Assembly (NCBI GenBank): GCA_038227045.1
Contig: JBBRQD010000006.1
Coordinates: 34,754 to 98,753, forward strand
DNA from: Planctomycetota bacterium
GTDB taxonomy: Bacteria; Planctomycetota; SZUA-567; H5-PLA8
Direction of reading: 5' to 3'
Length of the DNA stretch: 64,000 bases
The position numbers were made by a program, and so were the translations under genes. Positions 1-9,504 of this stretch are shown piece by piece (the first letter of the stretch is position 1; each line of letters opens with the position of its first letter). Below the pieces are notes generated by a model. The model did no database searches. It was not told the DNA's origin and saw only the letters and a program-made list of their open reading frames with translations.

Positions 1-705
1 GCGGGAACGCTCTCCGTCGCCGTCTACGAACAAGGCAAGGATTTTAGCGTGCCGGCTTCCGTGGCAATGACGGGTGGCGGCGGAAACGGGCACGTGCTGG
101 CGTGGAATTCAGCCGATCTCGGCCCTGGCTTTCTGGCCATCACGCCATTGGCCGAAGAGCCGCTGCGCTTCCTGCCTTGGGCAAATGGCGAATGGAACAA
201 TGCCGGCACGGCGGTGCGGTCGATCCTGAAAGACGAGGGCTTGATCACCGCGGCCGCTCCAGTCGCGTGCGCGCAAAACGGGTCGCACAAGCTCGCGCTG
301 GTGCTCGGTGGAAAGGCCTCGCGCTTGATCTTGTTGGAAGAAAAAGCCGGAAAATTCAATCCGGTGGGCGCCAAGGTCGCGTTGCCGGGGCCGGGTCTGG
401 GCCTTGCGGTCTGCGACTTCAACAAGGATGGCTGCGACGACGTCTTCGTGGTGACGCGCGACGAAGTCTGCTTCTACTTCCTGAACGATGCAGGCGCGGC
501 AATCGCAGGCCCGCATTTCTCCAACCCTGGAATGCTGGGGCCGGTGGTGCTGCTCGGATTCAAAAGCAGTGCGCGGCCGGACATCGCCGTGTTGAACGAA
601 AATAAGAAAGCGCGCGTCTTCAAAGCGGTCGGAGCCGACCATGGAGCGGTCGAGAACGCTCATCCCAAGGCGGACGCCGCTCGCCTTGTAGGGTTACCAC
701 AATAG
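1..705 (+). CDS. FG-GAP/VCBS-like repeat protein, C-terminal portion (5' end upstream of window)
   Basis: Reading frame is open from base 1 to the stop at 705; CDFNKDGCDDVFVV is an FG-GAP-type repeat motif; co-oriented with the next gene. Confidence 0.55.
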   Translation, partial: AGTLSVAVYEQGKDFSVPASVAMTGGGGNGHVLAWNSADLGPGFLAITPLAEEPLRFLPWANGEWNNAGTAVRSILKDEGLITAAAPVACAQNGSHKLALVLGGKASRLILLEEKAGKFNPVGAKVALPGPGLGLAVCDFNKDGCDDVFVVTRDEVCFYFLNDAGAAIAGPHFSNPGMLGPVVLLGFKSSARPDIAVLNENKKARVFKAVGADHGAVENAHPKADAARLVGLPQ

Positions 706-723
706 GCCGTGTCTCTTGATTAG

Positions 724-2247
724 ATGGGCGACGTGCGGAAACCAGGAATGTCGATTATGCAGAAACACTTATTGACCGCCGCTTTGGCGGCGCTCCTTGC
801 GGCAGGTGCCGCCGTGGCGGGCACTGCGCCTCTGGACGTGGAGGCTTTGCCGCATTCGACGTACACGGGCGCCAACGGCGTTCAGGCGTCGTTAGTCCGT
901 TTCGCGGACCAGAATTGGACCGAAATCGATCCCGCCACGGTGCTCGCCACAAAAGATTCGCTTTTTAAAGAAGTGTGTTTCGAAGGCAAATTTGAATCGT
1001 ACGTCGATCCGGTTGGCATCAAACTGATTGGTGTGGAGGGCAATATTGTTTTCGAAGACAAAGCCAAGCGCAAATCCGCGCCGGAAATGAAGGCGCTGGA
1101 CAATGTATGGGTCTGCGGCACCCTTCAGCCGGCAAAGAAAGGTCAGGGCCAGGAAGTTTTGATTTACGAGGTGGCGAAACTGCCGCCGGACGCGCAGCGC
1201 TTCGAAAACAAGCTTCTCGCGCTGGAGCACGTTCGCAACGTGCCGGGCCTCGTCGAACTGGGTCAGAAAATCGATCAGGGCATCAAGAGCAGCCGCAACG
1301 GCACCGGCTTGGGAATGCAGGGTTTCGACCGCATGGCCCAACTGCGCGACAAGGCGTGGACGTCGGCCATCGCCATCAAAGAAAAAGACATGCGCCCCGG
1401 CGACGCCAATGCCTGTTACGAAATTGCGCTGATGTACCGCGAATTGATGCACCGCACGCCCCTTTATCGCAGTTGGGTAATCAAGGCGCTCGAGATCGAT
1501 CCCGAGCACAATGGCGCAAGCAAGGACGCCGAGCACGTCTTTGGCCTGGTCAAAGTAGGCGACAAATATATCTCAAAATCGGATTACCTCCGTTCCCAGC
1601 AGGAGCAGGAACAGGCCGCGAAGGAACTGGCCGAAAAGCAGAAGACTCTGGAACGCGATCGAACGGCGCGGCGCACTCAGGAGATCGCCGAACGGACGGT
1701 GCGGCTGCTGGAATATCAGTCCGCGCTGCGCACCAGCGACTCCGAAGCGCGCGTTGGCGCGATCACCACGCTGGGCGACGAAGTCAGAAAAAGCCTCGAC
1801 CTCGGCTTCTCGCTCGCCGCCGTGGATATTCTGACGAACATGAACGACGCTGCGGCGATCGTGCCCGGAATGGAAAAGGCGGCCAAGAGCGAATTCATCG
1901 AAGTGCGCCAGCTCGTGTACGCGTCGCTGGCATGGCGCGCCTCGCAGAACGACGTCAATTCGCAAGTCGCCTACGGCGTGCTGGCGTCTGCATTAAGAGC
2001 CGAAAAAATGAAGGAACCCGCCCAGGCGGCCAGCGCCGCGCTGGTCGAAGCCGGCGGCAAAGGCGCGGTCGGAACGCTCATCGCCGGACTCGATTCCACC
2101 GAAGCGGTGGTCTGCGAAGCCATGATCGACGGCCTGAAAAAAATAACCCACCTCCAGCACCAGAAGAAGGAAGAATGGCTCGCCTGGTGGAACGAAAACA
2201 AGAACCAACTACCCGCAAAGTCTTTTGAGAATGCGGGGACGAAATAG
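724..2247 (+). CDS. hypothetical secreted protein (alternative starts at 748/757)
   Basis: 507-aa ORF with a hydrophobic signal-like segment LLTAALAALLAAGAAVAG near the N-terminus; codon usage consistent with neighbours; no recognisable catalytic motif. Confidence 0.6.
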   Translation: MGDVRKPGMSIMQKHLLTAALAALLAAGAAVAGTAPLDVEALPHSTYTGANGVQASLVRFADQNWTEIDPATVLATKDSLFKEVCFEGKFESYVDPVGIKLIGVEGNIVFEDKAKRKSAPEMKALDNVWVCGTLQPAKKGQGQEVLIYEVAKLPPDAQRFENKLLALEHVRNVPGLVELGQKIDQGIKSSRNGTGLGMQGFDRMAQLRDKAWTSAIAIKEKDMRPGDANACYEIALMYRELMHRTPLYRSWVIKALEIDPEHNGASKDAEHVFGLVKVGDKYISKSDYLRSQQEQEQAAKELAEKQKTLERDRTARRTQEIAERTVRLLEYQSALRTSDSEARVGAITTLGDEVRKSLDLGFSLAAVDILTNMNDAAAIVPGMEKAAKSEFIEVRQLVYASLAWRASQNDVNSQVAYGVLASALRAEKMKEPAQAASAALVEAGGKGAVGTLIAGLDSTEAVVCEAMIDGLKKITHLQHQKKEEWLAWWNENKNQLPAKSFENAGTK

Positions 2248-2274
2248 GTTGAAAGTTCGTAACATTCTGTGTTG

Positions 2275-2355
2275 CCAGAGCCGCGCACGTAAGTAAGCGG
2301 CTTTATATTGCGCGAAGAGAGAGTCGTGGCCGCTTACTTACGTGCGCGGCTCTGG
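2275..2355. terminator. 27-bp perfect inverted repeat with 27-nt loop between convergent genes (probable bidirectional terminator or structured RNA)
   Basis: Left arm ccagagccgcgcacgtaagtaagcggc (2275-2301) is the exact reverse complement of the right arm gccgcttacttacgtgcgcggctctgg (2329-2355); lies between the stops at 2247 (+) and 2363 (-). Confidence 0.6.
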
Positions 2356-2362
2356 CTGTCAA

Positions 2363-3177
2363 TCAACTCAACGAAATTCCCCCATCCACCGTCAATACCG
2401 CGCCCGTGATCCAATTCGATTGCGGACTTACGAGGAATAGCGCTGCGTTCGCGATATCGTCGGGCTGCCCGACCCGCCCCAACGGCGTCTTTGCGGCATA
2501 CATCCCCATCGCATGAGGCACGGCGGCGCTGGGCATCATCGTGGCGAAGATGGGCGTTTCGACCACGCCGGGATTGATGCAATTTACACGGATGCGTTTG
2601 TCGCTCAATTCAATCGCCATGCAGCGCGTGAAATGAACCAGGGCGGCTTTGGCGGCGGAATACACCGAAAAATCTTTCATCGGCTTATCCGCCACGCTCG
2701 ACGCGACGATCAGCACCGACACGTCCACCTTCGTGCCACCGTCCTTTTTAGACGCCGCCGAATGCTTCTCCAGTTCCGGCAGAGCGTATTTCGTCAGCAG
2801 CATCGTCCCTTTGACATTCGTGTCGATCATCGATGCCAGATCGTCGTCGGACGTATCGGCCAGCGCGGCGTAGCGCGCGATGCCGGCGTTATTGACGAGC
2901 GTATGCAGCGCCCCAAATTGCGCGACCGTTTCCGCGACAATGCGCCGGCAGTCCTCGGGCTTGGACACGTCCCCAATCACGGCCGCGGCATCGGCTCCGA
3001 GCGCTTTCAGTTCGCCGACCGCTTTGTCGAGCGGCTCGCGGCGGCGCCCGCAGACGGCCACGCGCGCGCCGGCGCGGGCCAATGCCAGCGCGATGCCGCC
3101 GCCGATTCCAGTCCCCCCGCCGCTGATCAGCGCGATGCGTCCGAGCAAGGGTTTTTGAAGATTTTGCGATTCCATGC
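2363..3177 (-). CDS. SDR-family short-chain dehydrogenase/reductase
   Basis: TGxxxGIG Rossmann motif (ISGGGTGIGGGIA), NNAG, and the S...YxxxK catalytic residues (YSAAK); start taken at MESQNLQK (3177) rather than the longer ORF-track start at 3271. Confidence 0.85.
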
Positions 3178-3216
3178 TTTCTATTCTCCGGTTTGGAGTG
3201 TTTAAAGATATACTAA

Positions 3217-3254
3217 GCGGACTGTAGTCCAAGGTCCAAAGTCCGCTGTTTTTT
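3217..3254 (+). terminator. terminator-like stem-loop followed by a T-run in a divergent intergenic region (function unclear)
   Basis: agcggact ... agtccgct stem followed by gtttttt on the + strand, although no + strand gene ends upstream of it. Confidence 0.35.
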
Positions 3255-3282
3255 AATTGAGCGTCGCACAAGCCCCACTAAA

Positions 3283-4617
3283 ATGGAACCTGTGCGCGGA
3301 TCTTGGATTCGAACCATTTGGAGACTGGATGTGAGCAAACAATACGTTTTTCTGGCCGGCATTATTGTTTTGGCAGGCGCGCTTTCGGCGGGTGAAGTAA
3401 AACCGGACGCGAAGCCCGAGACGCCGCCGCCGGTTCCCGCGAAGACCGCGGGCCGCGATTGGCCCGGAATCTTTCGCAATCTGCAATCTCAGGATACCGC
3501 CCTGCGCGATGCGGCGGTGACCGATTTTCTCGCAGCGATCGACGAGTTCGCGCAGAAAAGCCAGAAGCCGTACTTCGCGAAATTCAAAGAAAGTTTCGCG
3601 TCGAAGGACATCAAGGTCCATGATGATGCCGCCAAGCGCATCGCGCTGATCGCCCAGATTGTCGCGCTGAACGACAAGCGTTACAAGCCGATGATGGCCG
3701 CGTTGACGTCCAACGACGCAAAGGCTCAGAACGAACAGCTCGAATACCTGTTCAAAACCACCGAAGATTCGCTCCTGACCGACCGCGTGCGCGACTTGAT
3801 CGAACAGCTCGGATCCGAAGATCAGGCGGTTGTCGGCAAGGCCTACGCGGAACTGAAAACATTCGGCGGTGACGCGGCCGACGAACTGGCCAACGCGCTG
3901 GACGACGAAAAAGTGACGGTCAAAAAGATGTCCGCCGAACTGCTCAAGGAGATGGGCCCCGCCGCGAAAGAAGCGGTGAACAACCTCATCTTCAAGCTCA
4001 AGGACTCTGAGGACAAACTCGGCCGCAAATACGCCGCGCTGATTCTCGAAAATCTCGGTGCCGACGGCGTGGAAGCGGTGGACGACCTGGTATTGAGCCT
4101 GGACGACGACGACAAACCGCTGCGCCGCATCTGCGCCAATATCCTGAAGAAAATGGGCAAAGCCTACAAGGAAGCGACGCCCGAGTTGATCGTGTACCTC
4201 ACGCACGACGACAAGACGGTGCGCGGCATCGCCACCGAACTGCTGTTGGGATTGGGAACGGAGGCCAAAGGCGGCGTGCAGGATTTGATCGAAGTGATCG
4301 ATGAGCCGGCTCTGCCTGCAGTGCCCAACGCACCCGTTGCGCCCGCGGGTCAAAACGCCGCAAACGCAAACGACATCGACGCCAAAATTCGCGCGGCGAA
4401 AGTACTGGCCAACATTGGGCCGGAAGCCAAAGGTGCCTTGCTGGGCCTGAAGAAATATTCAGCGGACAAAGACCCGGACTTGCAGGCAGCGGTGAAACTA
4501 GCCCTCGACAAAATCACCGAAGGCAAGCCCATCGAAACGCTGATCCCGCCTCCGGAGAAGAAGCCGGTCGCGCCAAAAGACGACAAGGCGAGCAAGACGC
4601 CGGGTGAGAATTTTTAA
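3283..4617 (+). CDS. HEAT-repeat (PBS-lyase-like) protein with signal peptide; true start may be the GTG at 3331
   Basis: Repeated ~30-aa LxxLLxD..VR..A..L units; hydrophobic N-terminus VFLAGIIVLAGALSA. Confidence 0.75.
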   Translation: MEPVRGSWIRTIWRLDVSKQYVFLAGIIVLAGALSAGEVKPDAKPETPPPVPAKTAGRDWPGIFRNLQSQDTALRDAAVTDFLAAIDEFAQKSQKPYFAKFKESFASKDIKVHDDAAKRIALIAQIVALNDKRYKPMMAALTSNDAKAQNEQLEYLFKTTEDSLLTDRVRDLIEQLGSEDQAVVGKAYAELKTFGGDAADELANALDDEKVTVKKMSAELLKEMGPAAKEAVNNLIFKLKDSEDKLGRKYAALILENLGADGVEAVDDLVLSLDDDDKPLRRICANILKKMGKAYKEATPELIVYLTHDDKTVRGIATELLLGLGTEAKGGVQDLIEVIDEPALPAVPNAPVAPAGQNAANANDIDAKIRAAKVLANIGPEAKGALLGLKKYSADKDPDLQAAVKLALDKITEGKPIETLIPPPEKKPVAPKDDKASKTPGENF

Positions 4618-4636
4618 TAAGCCCCGTGCCGCAAAT

Positions 4637-5263
4637 TCAAAGGTCATTAACGGTGGCATTCGTGCCGCCGTTTTGTTTATATGCTTTCCAATTGGAATAC
4701 GCCGCGAACAGCGACGACACCATGACGGCAACGTACAATGCAAAGATCGGATGAATATCGATTCTCTCATCGCAAAAAAATAACACGATAGGCAAGCAAG
4801 CCGATGCAAACAAAACGCCGTTCCATATTAATCCATTGCGCGCTTGCTGCCGTGTCAGCGGGCGCGGCGGCAGCGGCGGAACGCTACCGTCCATCAATCG
4901 CTCGCCCTTCGGTCTTCTTCGATCAATAAGAATAAACGTGATGAACGGGACCAACAGCGCTGCAGCGATGGATAACGCAAACATGGGTGGAGGAATCAGT
5001 TTCTGCCGCATCGTGTTCAGGATCAGCGTCGTTTCTGCGGCAAGGCTGAAGATGATCCGGAGCAATTCGGAGAGATAGAACTTCGTGCTATACGGGACGA
5101 ACATAAAGACATAGACGCTAGCCGACAGACCCAAGAACAGCAGCAAGATGCCCGCTTCGTTTTTAAATCCGAAGCCCAAAACGCCCACTGCTGTCCCAAG
5201 CGCAATCAATAGAAACAGCGTCCACTGAATGGATTTCAAAAGCCGGCGGAAATCTCCGCTCAT
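4637..5263 (-). CDS. hypothetical polytopic membrane protein
   Basis: Several hydrophobic helices; 4-bp ATGA overlap with the upstream gene suggests translational coupling. Confidence 0.6.
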   Translation of the reverse strand: MSGDFRRLLKSIQWTLFLLIALGTAVGVLGFGFKNEAGILLLFLGLSASVYVFMFVPYSTKFYLSELLRIIFSLAAETTLILNTMRQKLIPPPMFALSIAAALLVPFITFILIDRRRPKGERLMDGSVPPLPPRPLTRQQARNGLIWNGVLFASACLPIVLFFCDERIDIHPIFALYVAVMVSSLFAAYSNWKAYKQNGGTNATVNDL

Positions 5264-7200
5264 TCCTTCAATCCTTCTTTACTCGGCCCATCCGCCTTCT
5301 TCGGAGCCGGCGGAGTTTGCGGGGGACTTGCCCCTTCGCGGACGCGCGTGAAATAATCTTTCACCATTTCTTTTGCGTCGGCCGGAATGCGTTCGAGTTC
5401 CAGCGAGCTTGCGCCGTCTTTGTTGGCCGGCTCGAACGTCTGGTAAAATTCCTGCGGCGCGTCGCCCTTCGCGCCCTGTCCGCGGAAGTGTGAAATGCCC
5501 GTGATCGCTCCGGCGCGCATGTTGCCTTTGTCTTTCTGCGGTTCAAAGGTTGCGTCGCCATCCTGGTACGGGCGGCGGCCCACGCCCTGGCCCGCGCCGA
5601 GTCCGTTGCCGGGTTGTCCATTGGGATTGCCATTTTGCTTGCCGTCGCCTTTGTCTCCGGATTGGCTGTTGGCGTTCTTGTTCGACTCGTTGCCGCCCTT
5701 GCCCTTCTGGCTCGCTCGGCCGCGCATGGATTTCAATTTGCCGCTGTTGCCCGCGCCCGGCTTTCCGGACTTCCCGGTCTTGTCGCCACCTTGTTGTTTG
5801 CCAGGCTGGGCTTCGCCGCCGTTCTTTGATTTCTGTTCGCCTTCGCCGGTCAGATTTTCCATGGCTTCATCGAGGCTGTTTTCGACTTTGTCGAGTTCCT
5901 TCACCTCTTCCTTCTCGTCCTCGCTCAGCTTCGTATCGTTCTCTTCTTCGAGCCGTTCCAATTCGTCCGCGGCCTGTTCCATTTCCTTTTCGATGTCGTC
6001 GCCGAATTTCTTTTTGCCCTTATTCTGGCGCTCGGCCTGCTTCTTCATTTCGGTTTCGAGTTTCTGATAGTCCGCAGCGCTCATGCTCGTCTCGGAAATT
6101 TCCTGCAGTTTGTCGCGCAGCGCTTCGTCTTCGGCCAGCGCGCCGGCGAGTTTGGCCAGTTCGTCCTTGAGTTTCTCGAGCTCCTTCTTTTTCTGCTCGT
6201 CGCTTTTCTTCGGATCGTTCAAAATCTCCTGCTTGACCTTCTGCGCGAGCTTGCGCATTTCCTTGGCGGCCAGGCCCGCGTCGCCCATCTTCAACGCTTC
6301 CGAAATGGCCTTGGTGTGATCGGCTTCGTCGAGGTTCAAATCCTTGGCCTGAAGCTTTTCGAGCCGGTCGGAGAATTCCTTGCCTCGTTGAATTTTCTCT
6401 TTTTCGTCCTCGGCCTGTTTCTTCAGCGAACCTAGCGATAGCAGTGCCTCTTCGGCGGTCTTCTTGTCGTCCTTCAATTCCTTAGCGACGTTCTGCGCAT
6501 CTTTGATGAGTTGATTGACTTTGAACGTGCCGCCTTTGTCGTCGCCCTGCTTTTCAGCGAGATCTTTTTTTAAATCTTCGAGCTTGCCCTGCATCATTTC
6601 CGCGGCGTTCTGCTTGCGTTCTTCCGCCTTGCGCTTGGCTTCGGCTTTCGCGGCGATGCCCAGCACGTCCTGCCGGGGCATAAAATAATAAATGGCGGCG
6701 GCCCCCATTGCGGGAACCATCAGCCACGCGAACGCGCGCGGAACGCGGATCGGAAAAGCCTGCTGGACGCGAACGGCGGACATCCGGCCCATTGCCTCGC
6801 TCAAAAACGCGTCGCCGAATTCGCCGTTGGCCGCATCGGAAAAGTTAAGCGTCAGCGCGCTGCTCAACCGCGCGTGAAGTCCCAATCGCTCGTCGGCCAA
6901 AATCGCGGCGCGCTGTTCGTTCAGGCCCGGCGCAAACGTTCGCCAAAGCAGGAATGGAATTCCCAGCAATGACAATGCCGCCCAAATTGTCCAGACGTTG
7001 ATCCCGAGCAATTGCAGCGAAAACATTTTGTCCGCAAACAGAAACAGCGGCAGCATCCACGCGGAGACCGACACGGCCACGGCCAGCGCATCAAGCGCCA
7101 CCTGCATGCGCAGGCGTGTCAACGCGCTGCCCGCATACGAGCGCAGTCGGTGTTGAGCGCGGTTGACATCAAGGGCACTGTCTGCGGTGAGAGTCGACAT
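5260..7200 (-). CDS. membrane-anchored K/E-rich coiled-coil protein with a G/N/Q/K low-complexity tail
   Basis: N-terminal ~190 aa with TM helices, then ~300 aa of charged heptad-like sequence (AKAEAKRKAEERKQ...), then a Gly/Asn/Lys-rich segment; no enzymatic motif. Confidence 0.6.
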   Translation of the reverse strand: MSTLTADSALDVNRAQHRLRSYAGSALTRLRMQVALDALAVAVSVSAWMLPLFLFADKMFSLQLLGINVWTIWAALSLLGIPFLLWRTFAPGLNEQRAAILADERLGLHARLSSALTLNFSDAANGEFGDAFLSEAMGRMSAVRVQQAFPIRVPRAFAWLMVPAMGAAAIYYFMPRQDVLGIAAKAEAKRKAEERKQNAAEMMQGKLEDLKKDLAEKQGDDKGGTFKVNQLIKDAQNVAKELKDDKKTAEEALLSLGSLKKQAEDEKEKIQRGKEFSDRLEKLQAKDLNLDEADHTKAISEALKMGDAGLAAKEMRKLAQKVKQEILNDPKKSDEQKKKELEKLKDELAKLAGALAEDEALRDKLQEISETSMSAADYQKLETEMKKQAERQNKGKKKFGDDIEKEMEQAADELERLEEENDTKLSEDEKEEVKELDKVENSLDEAMENLTGEGEQKSKNGGEAQPGKQQGGDKTGKSGKPGAGNSGKLKSMRGRASQKGKGGNESNKNANSQSGDKGDGKQNGNPNGQPGNGLGAGQGVGRRPYQDGDATFEPQKDKGNMRAGAITGISHFRGQGAKGDAPQEFYQTFEPANKDGASSLELERIPADAKEMVKDYFTRVREGASPPQTPPAPKKADGPSKEGLKE

Positions 7201-7397
7201 AGGGAGGATTCCTTGTCTTGAACGAGCAAAAGCACTATTAAACTACCACATTCGCCACGCGAAGACAACTATTGGCAAAAAGTTTGCATGGCTATATGCA
7301 GTCGTCTACGCGGTATCGCGCCGACGAATTTCCGGCGTCACAGGATTGGACGTTTGCGGTGGCCGAATGTTTCAATAATTAAGGGAGGCGCCAAGCC

Positions 7398-7853
7398 ATG
7401 ATCGAATTCAAGAATATCCTCTTAACCACGGATCTTTCAAACAACGCCGATGTCGCGCGCCCGTACGCCGTCGAACTGGCACGAAAATATGGCGCGACGC
7501 TGCACCTTCTTCACGTCTTCGAAGACGCCGGCTACTACCATGACGCCGGAATGAACGAGAGCGTTCCGTTCGCGCCGATGGAATGGATCGAAAACGCGCA
7601 GAAGGAACGGAAGCGAAAGCTCGACGAAATGGCCGAGTCGATTCGAAAAGAAGACGGCGTCAATGCAGACGTCGCGATGCGCGTGGGTTCAGCGTCGCGC
7701 GAAATTATCGCTCACGCAGAGGAGAACAAAGCAGATTGCATCGTGATTGCCACGCACGGTCATACGGGACTGGCTCATTTCATTTTTGGATCGGTGGCTG
7801 AAAAAGTAGTTCGAACAAGCCCCTGCCCGGTGTTGACGGTAAGGCCGAAGTAG
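7398..7853 (+). CDS. universal stress protein (UspA family)
   Basis: ILLTTDLS...LHLLHV... and the C-terminal IVIATHGHTGLAHFIFGSVAEKVVRTSPCPVLTV are typical UspA signatures; strong SD AAGGGAGG 8 nt upstream of the ATG. Confidence 0.85.
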   Translation: MIEFKNILLTTDLSNNADVARPYAVELARKYGATLHLLHVFEDAGYYHDAGMNESVPFAPMEWIENAQKERKRKLDEMAESIRKEDGVNADVAMRVGSASREIIAHAEENKADCIVIATHGHTGLAHFIFGSVAEKVVRTSPCPVLTVRPK

Positions 7854-7854
7854 A

Positions 7855-7897
7855 AAGGATGAAGGATGAATGGAAATGCATTCGTTCATCCTTCATT
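7855..7897. repeat. GGATGAAGGATGAATG-type palindromic repeat element (family 2, copy 1)
   Basis: ggatgaaggatgaatg gaaatgc attcgttcatccttcat hairpin between convergent uspA and the SRPBCC gene. Confidence 0.7.
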
Positions 7898-8429
7898 ATT
7901 TCGTCTCCACCTTCGCCTTCAAATTCGCCAGCCCCTTTTCAAAATCCGGGCCCATGAACTTGTCCATGAACAAACCAAAGTAACGGCCGATGGGATTCAG
8001 GCCCAGCTTGCCTTCGTTGGTCCACGTCACCTTCACGGAATCGCCGGCTGGTTCGAGCCGAATTTCGCCGTTCGAGAAATATTTCCCGTGCTCGAAATCC
8101 AAATCGTAAGCGATTCCTTTTTCGGGATCGGCGCTTACGATTTTGATCGTGCCTTCGCCGGAGTCCTTGCCTTTCCAGGAATACGACGCGCCGGTCCCGG
8201 AGGTGATCGCGGCGAAATCCTGTGTCATATCGGGATAGCGCGCCTTGTTCCACGCGGACCAATCGTTCCACATTTTCAAGTCGTTGATGTATGGAAAAAC
8301 GTCAGCCGCTTTGCCTTTGATCGCGAGGCTGCGTTCGACGTGGTAGGTGCCGGGCAGGAATAATCCTGCAATCAGAAACACCACCACAAGCGCGACAAAT
8401 CCCAGCAGAATAAATTTCAGAATTTTCAC
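7896..8429 (-). CDS. SRPBCC-superfamily (polyketide cyclase/Bet v1-like) protein with N-terminal TM anchor
   Basis: 177 aa; N-terminal hydrophobic helix and overall SRPBCC-like pattern (WS.W..A...D, TW.NEGKLG). Confidence 0.65.
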   Translation of the reverse strand: MKILKFILLGFVALVVVFLIAGLFLPGTYHVERSLAIKGKAADVFPYINDLKMWNDWSAWNKARYPDMTQDFAAITSGTGASYSWKGKDSGEGTIKIVSADPEKGIAYDLDFEHGKYFSNGEIRLEPAGDSVKVTWTNEGKLGLNPIGRYFGLFMDKFMGPDFEKGLANLKAKVETK

Positions 8430-8484
8430 GGCGGAGATCCCCAGAAGAAACGGTACTGTTCAGCCGCCGCTCTGATTTCCGATT

Positions 8485-9312
8485 TTACAGCACCAAATCC
8501 AGCGTTTGTGCCGCGTACGCGTGGCTGGCCGTGGCGAGTTGCAGAAGCGATTTCGCACCCTTCTCGAGTTCTACCGTGGCCCAGCCGGAGAATTCGACCG
8601 CCAGCAGCGTGTCGACGAATTCCTCCAGATCGATCACGCCTTTGCCGAGTTCCACGGTCTGGAAGTTGGGGCCGGTGTCGCCCTTCTTTTTCTTTTTGGG
8701 CAGCGGCTTGATGTCTCGCAAGTGCACCACTCCGATGCGCTTTTTGTTTTCCTTGATAAACTTCGCGACCGGCAGCCCGGCCTGATTCAGGAACGACGTA
8801 TCCACGCACAGTTTCATCGCGGCGGGATCGGAGAATTCGAGGAATTTTTCGAGGCGCTTGAGATCGTTGACGTGGCTGCTGGGATCGGCGTGAAGACATG
8901 GCACGATCCCCATTTCCTGCGTGCGGCGCGCGATTTCCCCGTATGCCGTGGCGACGGGCATCAGGTCGTCGTCGTCTTCGAGCGGATTGTCGGGATTGGG
9001 GCGCGGCGCCATCAGCGTGAGAAATTTGGCGTCGGCGCTTTTCAAAAAGCGGACGATGTTCAAACTGCGTTCGACTTCTTCTTCGAGGCTGGAACCCGGC
9101 CACATGGCGCCGCCCGCCGTGATGCCGATCAAATGCATGTGGTGCTGGCTGAGAATTTCGTTGAATACTTCCACCCGGTCTTCGAACTGCTCGACCACGC
9201 CCGTGGTCGTTTCAATGCATTTGAATCCAGCCCGTTCGATATCCGCCAACGCGTTGATAAAGCCGTCGTCACCCCATGCCGCAGTGTGGCAAGCCATTTC
9301 GATGTCAGCCAT
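8485..9312 (-). CDS. sugar phosphate isomerase/epimerase (xylose isomerase-like TIM barrel)
   Basis: 275 aa; layout typical of AP-endonuclease 2 / xylose-isomerase-like TIM-barrel proteins (HLIGITAG..., VVHLRD, GW.TVELE). Confidence 0.75.
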   Translation of the reverse strand: MADIEMACHTAAWGDDGFINALADIERAGFKCIETTTGVVEQFEDRVEVFNEILSQHHMHLIGITAGGAMWPGSSLEEEVERSLNIVRFLKSADAKFLTLMAPRPNPDNPLEDDDDLMPVATAYGEIARRTQEMGIVPCLHADPSSHVNDLKRLEKFLEFSDPAAMKLCVDTSFLNQAGLPVAKFIKENKKRIGVVHLRDIKPLPKKKKKGDTGPNFQTVELGKGVIDLEEFVDTLLAVEFSGWATVELEKGAKSLLQLATASHAYAAQTLDLVL

Positions 9313-9504
9313 TAATTTTCAAATCCCAAGTTGAAGTGGACAAAGACAGCACACTGTATCATAGATGGTTGGCGATTCAAGTCGTTGCGCCCATGCATGC
9401 GCTGCGAGGAGATTTTAAAAATGCAGGATGAACACGCCCGGCGCCGCGATCCCTTCGTGTGGCACCGAGTCGCAGGCCGTCGTGTCCGGATCTTCGGAGA
9501 CACC

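Noticed and set aside
102-2228. Long Arg/Ala-rich ORFs on alternative frames and strands (e.g. 102-605 +, 109-663 -, 1107-2228 +, 3253-4353 -, 5495-6170 +, 8426-9103 -, 23237-23707 +, 57455-58174 -)
   Set aside because: These are high-GC frame artefacts overlapping better-supported genes. They have Arg/Pro/Ala-dominated composition and no motifs, and there are many comparable cases throughout the ORF track.
3290-3320. tRNA-like T-loop sequence ggattcgaacc (reverse complement GGTTCGAATCC) suggesting a minus-strand tRNA or tRNA fragment
   Set aside because: Flanking sequence cannot form a T-stem of more than 3 bp. No complementary acceptor-stem partner lies at the expected ~55-nt distance. No CCA end or anticodon arm is visible. 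Most likely coincidental, within the 5' end or leader of the HEAT-repeat gene.
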